From: Azolla caroliniana
Taxonomy: Eukaryota > Plantae > Polypodiophyta
DNA: 64,000 nucleotides
Assembly (NCBI GenBank): GCA_043228905.1
Contig: JBHGNT010000012.1
Coordinates: 16,678,001 to 16,742,000, forward strand
Reading direction: 5' to 3'
Under the pieces are notes generated by a model. It saw only the letters and a program-made list of their open reading frames with translations, searched no databases and was not told the origin of the DNA. The translations under genes and the position numbers were made by a program. Below, one piece after another: positions 1 through 10,135 of this stretch; within the stretch, counting starts at the first letter, position 1; every line of letters begins with the position of its first letter.

Positions 1-475
1 TGTTAAGATTTAACCACATGATAAAATTGAGTAATCTTACTTTAAAGGTGAAATCATTGCAAACAGGAAAGGAAATGTGTAAAAATAAGGAATTTAGCTC
101 ATGAGCTTGAATTGATAACATACATGTTGTAAAAAACTGCATGCACGTGAAATGTTGAGGGGGATCATCAAGCGAGGTTGAGAATGTTGCCTTTAGATTG
201 TGCCAAAGTTCAATGTGTGTGGTGGTGCATTTGCTCGAGTCCAATAACTTCTCTATCAATGTGTTCCTGAACACTTAGTATTCTACCAGTAAACAATTGG
301 GTGGAGATGGCATGAGTGTGAATTTTTTTTTTTTCCAAAAAAACACTCCTTCGCATTAGTTAGCAAACAATTACATCATAGACCACCAAAAAATTGGCAA
401 CCCTCACTCTGGCCTTCTCACCAAAGTGGACATAGTCCCCACCTCATTTACAACATAAGTATCCACAACTCCTAG

Positions 476-918
476 TGTCATGATATGGCAAGACTCGAAC
501 CCATGACCTTATAGTATATGGGTCGAGCTCTTAACCATCACACCATCTATTGTAATGCATAAAATATTATTTTCATTTATATTTTATTATAAGAAAGTAA
601 TGTATATTCCAGATTTCTCTGGAACATTCTAGAAGTTTCAAGATTACTCCTGAGAACACTATAAAAGAAGGCACTAGGCATTATGTTGAACCAAATTGGT
701 TCAACGCCAGTCTTAAGCCTCTTAGCCATTTTGTACTTATCCTTCACATAATATATTGGCTGTTATCATCATCTCTCTCTCTCATCCTCGCTATCTCTCT
801 TTTCTCTTCTCTCTTTCTCTCTCTCTCGGGAGTCTTACGTAGTCCCGTCCTCTTAGTACTAATAATACTGCTCTTTTTTAGTACTAATTCCATCTCTGCT
901 TTAGTACTATTCCTGACA
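476..918 (+). repeat. 5' LTR of the chromovirus (443 bp)
   Basis: Direct repeat of 2891-3335. TG..CA ends, TATAAAA at 660-666, CT-rich R/U5 with several TAGTACTA palindromes. Confidence 0.95.
492..545 (-). promoter_or_regulatory. tRNA-like internal Pol III promoter (A box + B box) inside the LTR; second copy 2907-2960
   Basis: Minus strand reads TGGTGTGATGG-TTAAG...AGGTCATG-GGTTCGAGTC. The A-box-like and B-box motifs start 44 nt apart, as in tRNA genes. Confidence 0.65.
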
Positions 919-988
919 GTTTGAACCAATTTTCTTCCTCTAGCCTACTTGTCGTTCTCCCTCATCCTCCTACCCTTTTCCCTATACT

Positions 989-2125
989 ATGGCTACTGTT
1001 AGCGCCCAAGAATATCAATCCGTTTTCTCCGAGCTACAGTGCCTAAAAGAAAAATTTGTTGCCTTGGAACAAGAAAACCAACGGCTGATAGGGGATCTGC
1101 AACAAATCGCTCTAGAAAAGCAACAAACGCAGCAACAACATGGGGAGTTAGCGTTACGGGTGCAACAACTCGAAGCGGCATTGCAACAACAAGGATCAAG
1201 TCCCCAAGGATTTCATAAAGAGCCGAAGATTGGACTTCCTGTGAAATTTGATGGAACGCGATCGCAATTCAGGGGATTCCTTAATCAAGTATGATTAGTC
1301 CTCCAAATGCATCCTTCCCGATACCCCACTGATGCATCCTGAGTCGGCTTAATAGGCACGTTGCTTAGCGTCTCAGCCTTAGCATGGTTCGCTCCGCTTC
1401 TAGAAAAACAATTGCCCTTGCTTAATAACTTTGAAGATTTTATTAGTGAGTTTAAAGCCTGCTTTGGAGACACCGACAACATCAGGACGACGATCAACAA
1501 GATCCGGCGATTGCGTCAAGGCGATCGTCCAGCCTCTGCCTACGCGGCGGATTTCCGCCTACTCGCTTCAGATATCCCCTGGGATGATCAGGCACTAATG
1601 GAGCAGTTTCGCTATGGCCTGCGAAACGATGTCAAATATCTACTTCTAACTTTCCCCGAAGAACCAAAGTCTCTTACGGAGGCAATCAGTCGAGTGGTCC
1701 GATGTGACAACCGCCTTTTCGAACAGCGTTCGGAACGTCAATTACAGATACCACGCTCTAGGCCGGAGCCCACTTATGCCTTAGTCGCGGCTAAACCGTT
1801 TGCACGAGACATACCGATGGAGATCGATATCATGCGTCGACGCGGCCCGTTATTGAAAGAAGAAAAGCAACGACGACGTGCAAATAGATTATGTCTTTAT
1901 TGCGGTGGACCAGGGCATATCGCAATCAATTGTCCCCATAGGCCAAGAAGACAGGTAAATCAAATTGTAGCCTGTACTAAACCCGAGTCAATTCTTCCCT
2001 TAGGAGTGTCTGATAGTATTAATAGTACTAATAGAGTGTCTGATAGTATTAATAGTACTAATGGCCCAAGTATCTCAAACAAATTTGAAATCCTTAGTCA
2101 ATTAGATGAAGAGTTAAACGATTGA
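989..2125 (+). pseudogene. Gag of the chromovirus (coiled coil, retrotransposon gag domain, CCHC zinc knuckle), with in-frame stops
   Basis: Motifs EPKIGLPVKFDGTRSQFRGFL, LRQGDRPASAYAADF, PMEID and CLYCGGPGHIAINC. ORFs 989-1294 and 1361-2125 share a frame and are separated by TGA codons. Confidence 0.9.
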
Positions 2126-2875
2126 GTCCAGTCGAAATAGGAGCCGTTTGGTTGGACAGCCCTAGATCTGTACAACCCATTAGTGGTTCCATTCCCTCCA
2201 AGCAAGTTAGCAATGTGTTCCTAGCCCAAGTCATGGTTAGTACTAAAAGTACTCCCCTAGTACATGTCCTAGCACTTCTAGATTCCAGAGCTAATTCTTG
2301 TTTTATGGATTGAAATTTTGCCCAAGCTTCTCAGATACCCTTAAGAAAACTTCCTTGCCCCGCATCTGTAGTAGTCATTGATGGTCGTCCCATTGCTTCC
2401 AGGAATATTGTAGAAGAGTTAGAACCCATTCAACCCATTCAACTTCCGGCGAAATATCATCCTTATGCCAATGTATTTGACAAGGTAAAAGCCGGTACTC
2501 TTCCTCATCATCGTCCCTATGATTGTCCCATCGATCTACAACCGGGAGCAGAGCCACCATGGGGACCCATTTACAACTTGTCCTCCACCGAGTTAGAAGT
2601 CCTTCGAGCCTACATAGAGGAGAACTTGGCAAGCGGGTTTATTCGTCATTCGAAATCTCTGGCCGGTGCACCCATCTTCTTTGTCAAGAAGAAAGATAGT
2701 TCACTTCGTCTCGTCGTTGATTACCGCGGCTTAAATAAAGTCACCATCCGTAATAGGTATGCACTTCCTCTTATATCAAGTTTTTTAGAGCGAGTTAATG
2801 GTGCCAAGTTTTTTCACCGACAGTATCCCGACAAACCCGGTCCTCAATCAGTGTTGACTCGTTCCACTCGTCGTC
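2122..2875 (+). pseudogene. Pol remnant: aspartic protease, RT N-terminus, extreme C-terminus (chromodomain-type tail)
   Basis: Motifs ALLDSRANSCFMD, LPHHRPYDCPIDLQPG and GAPIFFVKKKDSSLRLVVDYRGLNKVTIRNRYALPLI, followed by an abrupt jump to FHRQYPDKPGP. RT core, RNase H and integrase are missing. Confidence 0.88.
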
Positions 2876-2890
2876 TTAAGGGGGGGATAG

Positions 2891-3335
2891 TGTCATGATA
2901 TGGCAAGACCCGAACCCATGACCTTATGGTATATGGGTCGAGCTCTTAACCATCACACCATCTATTGTAATTCATAGGATATTATTTTCATTTATACTTT
3001 ATTATAAGAAAGTAATGTATATTCCAGATTTCTCTGGAACATTCTAGAAGTTTCAGGATTACTCCTGAGAACACTATAAAAGAAGGCACTAGGCATTATG
3101 TTGAACCAAATTGGTTCAACGCCAGTCTTAAGCCTCTTAGCCATTTTGTACTTATCCTTCACATAATATATTGGCTGTTATCATCATCTCTCTCTCTCTC
3201 ATCCTCGCTATCTCTCTTTTCTCTTCTCTCTTTCTCTCTCTCTCGGGAGTCTTACGTAGTCCCGTCCTCTTAGTACTAATAGTACTGCTCTTTTTTAGTA
3301 CTAAATCCATCTTTACTTTAGTACTATTCCTGACA
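2891..3335 (+). repeat. 3' LTR of the chromovirus (445 bp)
   Basis: Direct repeat of 476-918, preceded by the PPT. Confidence 0.95.
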
Positions 3336-3372
3336 CCTATAACCTAGTAATTTGTACTATATCTATACATAG

Positions 3373-3790
3373 TTACAACACCTGGGCATTGATGGAAGCC
3401 ATTGGGGGAAACAACCATCGAGGTGCTTGGTAGTTCCATTCAGGCCCTGATGATGATCTGCCGACCATAGGAGAACTACCCCATTTCAACAGGAACTTTG
3501 ACCGAGCTCTTTCAGCTGCATCAGATTCCCCCTGAATCGAGTCATACCGTCCTTGCAGCCAAGATACTAGCTCAAACCAGATATTTAACAACACCTCACC
3601 GCTAGGGATCTTTTGTTGTTGAAAAACAAACTTACAACGCCTGGTCCAAATATGCCAGACCGATAAACAAGCCACCATCATCCATATCTCTTCAAAAAAT
3701 TCTGAGTTAGTGCCAGGTCGAATTCCAGCACGTTGAAACACCTTGCCACCCTGCACTAGCTTGCATGGTAATAGTGTGTGAGAGAACATA
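3373..3790 (-). mobile_element. LINE (L1-type) ORF2 C-terminal remnant
   Basis: EIWMMVACLSVWHIWTRRCKFVF matches the WxIWxxRxxxxF tail of plant L1 ORF2. Confidence 0.65.
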
Positions 3791-4884
3791 GATGCACAAC
3801 AATACGTTGAATTGTGTGCATCCAGATCTTGTGCCTATGTGTGAATATTTTGAACAATTAGTGTCTAATTCACGAGAATATGTTACTTTAAATACATATT
3901 TGTGCACATGCTTTATATGTAAATGTGCACATGAAATAGACGTATTGATCTTGATTTGTGCGTAAAGAGGTGAGAAATTGTTTGTGTTTGTTAATGGGTT
4001 GGTGTGTGAGTGAAAAATGTGGGAATGTACCTATTGTGGTTAGGTTTCTATGTGCACATGTATATTTGTGGTTAGGTTTTTATGTGCACATGTATTTTTG
4101 CGTCTCATGTGCATATATGTGCTACAACATATATAATGTGTTTGCATAGGTTTTATTTCCTTTTCGGGAGAGGAGGCTTTAGGAAATTGAAGTGCTTCAA
4201 AAGAAAGGGGAAATGGGTACACTGAAATTAAAGTAAAGGAAAGAGATATTTCTTAGTGTTTATGTCGGGTGTGAATTGAGGGGGAAAAGTATGGCAAGCT
4301 GGTGGTGTGAATCGGCTTTGTGGGGGTCAAGAGGTGCCAACCATAGCCTAAGTTGAAGTAGTAGAAAAGAGATGAAGACATTGATATTGACTCTTGTATG
4401 CAATAGATGGTGCATAAGGGTGCTACATGATGTACAATGGCTCCTCACTTTGGTACAACTATTGTACAAGAGTAGCTACCGAACTGGTCATGCAACAACT
4501 CTATAGGATGGAACCCAAAGCTATCTTTTTTGCATAAAAGAACAATGTGGACAACTCTAGCATGAAGGTGTACCAAGACAAGGCACAAAGTTGGTGACAT
4601 GCAATGTGGGATCTTATAAGAGCCTCAATGTAGGCATATACTCAGAGAGGAGACAACAAAGAATAGTTAGAGATGATGTTTGAATGGAGCCTATTGAGGG
4701 CGAAAAGACTTAGAGTGAATCGACAAAAAACGAGGGGTTAATGTGTCGTGATCAAGGGGGTGATAGGGAAGGCGACACATGCATAGTGCATATAGGGTTA
4801 TACTCGAGGGAAGTAGAAAAGACCATGATGACCACTTGTGGCAATGCAAGATGCAGGGAGTAAATTTGGTGGACAGGTAGTGAG

Positions 4885-5062
4885 CATGGTTCTCGTGGGA
4901 AAAGTGGGCATGGTGGAGTTGGAAGAATAAAGATAGTAAACTCTGGTGAGTATGGTTCTGGTATGAAAAGTGGACATGGTGGAGATGGAAGAATAAAGAT
5001 AATGAACAACATGGTTCTGGTGGGAAAAGTGGAAATGGAGGAGGTATAAGAATAAAGATAGT
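4885..5062. repeat. Imperfect tandem repeat, ~60-65 bp unit, 3 copies
   Basis: ATGGTTCT...GAAAAGTGG...TGGAG...AGAATAAAGATA recurs three times. Confidence 0.6.
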
Positions 5063-6870
5063 CAAGTCTTAACATAAGAGTTTTTTCTATGCCTAGTTGT
5101 GATGAGTATAAGGGTGTAGGGCCATCATGACAAACCCTTCTGCACACCATTTTTTGGCACATACTAGGGGATGCGCAAGTTGGTGGGGGTGGATGTTGTG
5201 ATTGGCGTGTGCAAGGGGTAGAAAGAAAGGGCAATTTAAGAGGCGGTGTAATATGTATACATTAAGACAATTTAAATAAAGAAATAGCAAAGGTGAATAA
5301 CCAAATGGTTAAATTTATTCCTTGTGTTTGTGAAGAGTGTACGGTGCATGCATATGATGAATCTATCATTTTTGCATCTTCATGCGAAGGGGGGGTAGAT
5401 GGGCATTTATGGAGGTAGGGAAGAGATAAATGGGGGTACATCATTTGTTGGGGAGACTATTATTTTTGTTGTTTTTTGCTTAGGTTCTTAGAGAGGAGTT
5501 TCTTCTTCATCCTCTTGCGTATTAGGGTTTGGGTAGTATTATCTTATTCTTCTTTGTTTCCTTCTTCATCCCCATTTTAGGGTTTCTTAAGGGTATCTCT
5601 AAGTTTTGAGTTGAAAGCCATGATGACAAAAAGGCAAGGCATTCGTTTTTCGTGAACTCGTGTCATTGAAAGTCACAGTTCATCCATTTAATCAATCCCG
5701 ATATTGTTCCCTCTTCTTTGTAATCTTGTTGTTTAGTCCACCCAACCTATATAAAAGGAATTTAGAAAATGTATCTTATTAGTTGGATTATTCAAAATTT
5801 GTTATAGTTAGTGCAATTTATTATTGTATTAGTAATGTTGGTTATAGGTTTTGAAATGAAAATAGAGTTAATGTGGTGTAAAATTAATGTGATTGAGGTA
5901 CTTGGGAGTGAGTGCAGTAGAAGAAATCATGCTTGGATTCGCAAGGGCCACCCAAACAAAGCGGTGAGAGAGAATGCATGAAGGCATGTCCATAGCATGA
6001 AGAGGAGGCCAAAGTATAGAAAGGGCCTGAATCCACAAAGTGGGGCCGATACTACGAAGGGCCGGATTCACAAATAAGGGCCCAATTTGATGGTCTTTTT
6101 CTTTTCTTAATTTGATAATCTAAACCACAAAGCTTCCTCTTCATTTGGAACCTCTTTAAATAGTTTTCGCGTTGGAATGCATGAATTACACTTGGTGAAC
6201 ATGCTTGACAATGGGATGTATGCAAGCTACATATCCTCTTATAAATCAACATGTATTTATATTGTGAAATGCAGATAAAGAGATCAAAACCAACATACTT
6301 AGCTTCTTACTTCTTGCTCAATTTATAGTCAATACAAAGGTACCCATTTGGGTTGGCTTAGCTACATGCATGCTAAAAAGGGTTTGCTAAAAGGGTGGCA
6401 CAAAGGAACACATGCACACCACAATATATAACCATAATTATAGTAATAACGATTATAACATCGTAACTTGAATAGCCTATGCTCCACAAGGTCATGGGCT
6501 TGAGTCTCCATATGCAAGGAAAACACCCTTATGCATATCCATTGAATTGGATTGACCGCTCACTCCTTGTTGATGAATAGTCCATCTTGAAAGTCAAGCA
6601 TGACCCTTATTGTCTACAATCATTGCATATGAAGGTGGGTGTTTGTTTCCACAATGGTTGCTCGGTCAATTCATGTTAGGAGATGTATGCCATTTGGATT
6701 CTAGACCGATAGAAGGATATATTGAGGAGGCATTCTTCACACGGATCATATGGCAGGGGCTATGGTTCAACCTAGAACTATGTGTAGAGGTACTACAATA
6801 AAAACCATGCAAAGTTGAGGTAAAGACGTACCCTTGTTAGTCACACACCACAGAGTAAAGCATATGTGCC

Positions 6871-8583
6871 TATTGAGATGGCAACCTCAACCAAGGCCGA
6901 AAGGGCGAAGGGCCGAAAGTCTGACAAAACCTAGACCACTTAGTACTAGTTCAAAATGCTTATCATAGGAATAATATAGGTCGGTTAGATGTCAAAGCTC
7001 ATGAATGAGTTGAATATACTTGTGTTAGCCCGCTACCTTATAAGAGGAATGATGGCTTTTGTATAAAACATGCTCTTGGAGCATGTAGGTTGTGTCGACC
7101 ATTTTTACTAATGAAGGTTTGAGTCTTCTGTGTGTAATATCCATCTCTGTTTTTCTGTTATGTGTTTCCATTACTGTGGTTTATCTACTCGGCTAAGTTG
7201 ACTGTGTGTTACGACTTCCACATTCTTTACATGGTATTAGAGGTCGAGGGTGTTTGATCCTCTGCAGTCGACATTTGTTGTACACAAAAAGCTAGGTAAC
7301 CAACCAAAAATAGGAAGATGGATAAGAACATGGGAAGTGTGTTGCCAATTGAAAAGCTGGAGCGCAACAACTATGCATCTTGGGAGTACAAGATGCACTA
7401 GTATTTGCTCTGGCATGAATACTGGAGTTATATGGATGGAGTTAACGAGGTAGCACATGAGCTGACATATAAAGACTTTCTGGCTTGGGAGCAGGCAACA
7501 AGTAGAGTGCTTTATTGCCTTGTGTGTTGTGTGCACAACCAAATGCTTGGCTACATCAACGATGCTAAGTTGCCAAAGGATGCTGGGGAAAATATGAAGA
7601 AGGTTTTTGCCGCAAGCATTATGGCCAAGAAATTGCAGCTTAGACAAGATCTCAACAACATCCAACAAAGAGACATGTTGGTGGCTGACTATACCTCCAA
7701 AATCAAAGATATATGTGACTCTCTGGGTTCCACCAATGTGGCGCTGGAAGAAGACAAGATGGTCCAGATTTGTCTGGGAGGTTTAAAGCAGAGGTTTAGA
7801 TCATTCCGAACAGCAATATGCACAAGGGCGAGGCCACCCTCATTCTTCGACTTGCATTCGATGTTGATGGTCGAAGAAAACCATGTAGGGATGACAAGGA
7901 GGTCGTCCTTAGACAACCATATGCTATACATAGAGGTGGGTCGGCCCCGTGGCTGTACGAGAAGATGTTGAAGACACGGGATGACAATAGTCAAGGACTC
8001 TCCACAAGAAGGGGGAGTCACAATGGTGGAGTAAGTAAACCGACTGTTGATATTGTGACAAGAAAAGACACAAAGAAGAAGAATGGTGGAAGAAGTAGGC
8101 TGATTCAGGTAGAGTCGAGTAGAGCTGGTTCGGCTAGGGCCGAATTAGGTAGCCAACAAAGGTCACACTATGTCTACAATACGAGAAGATTGGGAGGCAA
8201 CTCCCTATTTGTGATGAAGCATAGTGCTAACTCAATGGAATCAAGCACTTCAACACAAGAAGAGGTGTGGTATGTTGATTCAAGAGCTTCAAATCTTTAG
8301 GAATTTGTTCCTCCTATGGAGAAGTCGATAGTTGAAGTCAAGGAAGTCGGCAGTCGAATTGACAGACCGAATGCAGGATGGTCGGTTGGATCGACCAACC
8401 AGTCGAATGGAGAGATATGGCACAAGAGGCTTGGCCACATGAGCGAAAAGGGTATGCATACCCTAGCTGATCAGAAGCTTCTTCGAGAAGTAAAAGGAGT
8501 GCACCTGGAGAGATGTGTCGACTACCTTGTCGGAAAGCAAAATAGAGTTGCATTCCACTCAAGACCACCAAGGGGAAGAGAAG
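6871..8583 (+). mobile_element. Truncated, decayed Ty1/copia (5' LTR ~6871-7231, PBS, gag, protease start, GAG-pre-integrase piece)
   Basis: LTR ends ...TTTACA, then TGGTATTAGAG at 7232 (degenerate tRNA-iMet PBS). Motifs KLERNNYASWEYKM, WYVDSRASN and IWHKRLGHMSEKGM...CVDYLVGKQNR. LTR start is approximate. Confidence 0.8.
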
Positions 8584-8927
8584 TGTTACCCATAGGAGTG
8601 TACGGGGCAGTGTAAGGGTCAAATGCGATAAAGGGTTGTGGTATATGTGTAATGTAAATGAGTGTGAGTGAGGATAAATATGTGTATGAACACAGGCACA
8701 ATTATGTGCATGTGTACAAGAATGTAACGGTCTTCTTTTTTGTAACGATCATATTATTAATTGTTACATTATGTACTATATAAACTAAAACCCCTTAAGG
8801 GGCATGTAATATAGATTTTTTCCCTCTCAGTTTGTGTCATTCTTTGGTTCTCTCTCCCTCACGTGTAACCCCCTGGGGAGAATGGCTCCACCCCCCACCC
8901 ATAAACATTGGCACGCCTGGTGGGACG
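8584..8927 (+). mobile_element. LTR plus PBS of a non-chromovirus gypsy (Tat-like) fragment
   Basis: TGTT...ATAAACA (ends 8907) followed by TGGCACGCCTGGTGGGAC, which resembles a tRNA-Arg PBS. Start uncertain. Confidence 0.5.
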
Positions 8928-9160
8928 AGATGAGGCTCCTCGACCATCTTCTACTTTAGAGAGTAAGAAACTGTTGCAGTGTATCGGCAATGGCTTCTTA
9001 TGTGGGATAGATCAATGTAATACTAAACATGCAAGTGCTGACGAGAACTTCAAAGTAGGGCTAGGTCTTTATACTGGTTGGAGGTTGACAAAGGAACCTG
9101 ATTCTAGGGATATGGTGAAGATGAAAAGAATGGAAAATAGCTAATGTGTTCAGATGAAAT

Positions 9161-9635
9161 TGTTGGCTCTAGGAGTATGATCCGGAGGAGAAGTGTGGAC
9201 GGGGAAGAGTTGGATGAATAATGTAAATATTAATTAGTAATTTTATAGGAATGGACGGATCTGGATAGTTTTACCGATCCGGATCCGCACCGATTAGTAG
9301 TCGGTAAGCCACCATTTTGTAACCTTTACCGGATGCCTATAAAAGGATCTGGATCAATATATAAACTTTACGGAAGTAATACAAGTTTAAGCGCGTTTCT
9401 CGTTAATCTTATTGTCTCTTGTACTACTATCTGCACTATAATTATTAATCATACTCGTGTAATTACGGATCGGATACGTATTGAGCGATCAGGAAGGCAA
9501 TCTGGTAGTAGGCGGAGTGTTGCATATAACTTGTCGGATCAATACCGGATAATCATCCATATCTCTACCGCCCTTTGGATACGTGTTCCGGATAGGACGC
9601 CTTGTGTTTGCGGCTAGTCCGGCCGAGGATAAACA
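9161..9635 (+). mobile_element. Possible solo LTR related to 8584-8907
   Basis: Begins TGTT...TAGGAGT and ends ATAAACA like the preceding LTR, with an internal CTATAAAAGG. No convincing TSD. Confidence 0.35.
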
Positions 9636-9931
9636 AAACCATGAGGCATCTATGCCCTCAGGGATGGGGATGGAGATGATTAATGAGGAGGAGAAGGGAT
9701 GGCGATTCAGTGTGCTCAATCTAGGAAAGGAAGTAATTATTGATTAAGAAAAATCAAAAGTAGTAGGAGAAACCAGAACAAAAGTTCGACATCCAATAGA
9801 CTGAGACTATTGGTAGATTGAGACGGTCAGGACCGACAGATAGCCGACTGAACTAAGAGACAATTGATGGGTAGCCGGTAGACGGTGACGGTAGACGCAA
9901 CAGTCAGCATTGGCAACTGGCAGCTGCAGAG

Positions 9932-10135
9932 CCGGAAAGACAGTCTAGTAGCTGGACTAAGACGGCCCCGAACAGACCCAGTCGTTGGATAGCAGCGCTC
10001 GAACCGATTGAAGTTCGGCAGGTGGCCGGAAAGACAATCTAGCAGCTGCACTAAGACGGCCCCGAATAGAGCCAACTGTCGAATAACAGCGGCCGAACCG
10101 GCCGAAGTTTGGCCGGTGGCCGGAAAGACACAACC
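9932..10135 (+). repeat. 94-bp tandem repeat (~2.2 copies) in the copia LTR
   Basis: CCGGAAAGACA starts at 9932, 10026 and 10120, with similar intervening sequence. Confidence 0.8.

Larger units (their letters stand above)
476..3335 (+). mobile_element. Internally deleted Ty3/gypsy LTR retrotransposon (chromovirus, Tcn1/Tf1-like), non-autonomous
   Basis: LTRs 476-918 and 2891-3335, each TGTCA...TGACA, differing by about 11 substitutions and a 2-bp CT indel by eye. Flanks CCTAG (471-475) and CCTAT (3336-3340) form a 4/5 TSD. PPT AAGGGGGGGATAG precedes the 3' LTR. Order is gag, protease, RT start, then a chromodomain-type tail. Confidence 0.93.

Noticed and set aside
476-552. Functional tRNA gene (also at 55440-55516)
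   Set aside because: A and B boxes are present, but the acceptor and anticodon stems do not pair convincingly.
3800-6850. His/Pro-rich and other short ORFs
   Set aside because: Low-complexity or repeat-derived with no recognisable domain. Probably old TE debris that I cannot classify.
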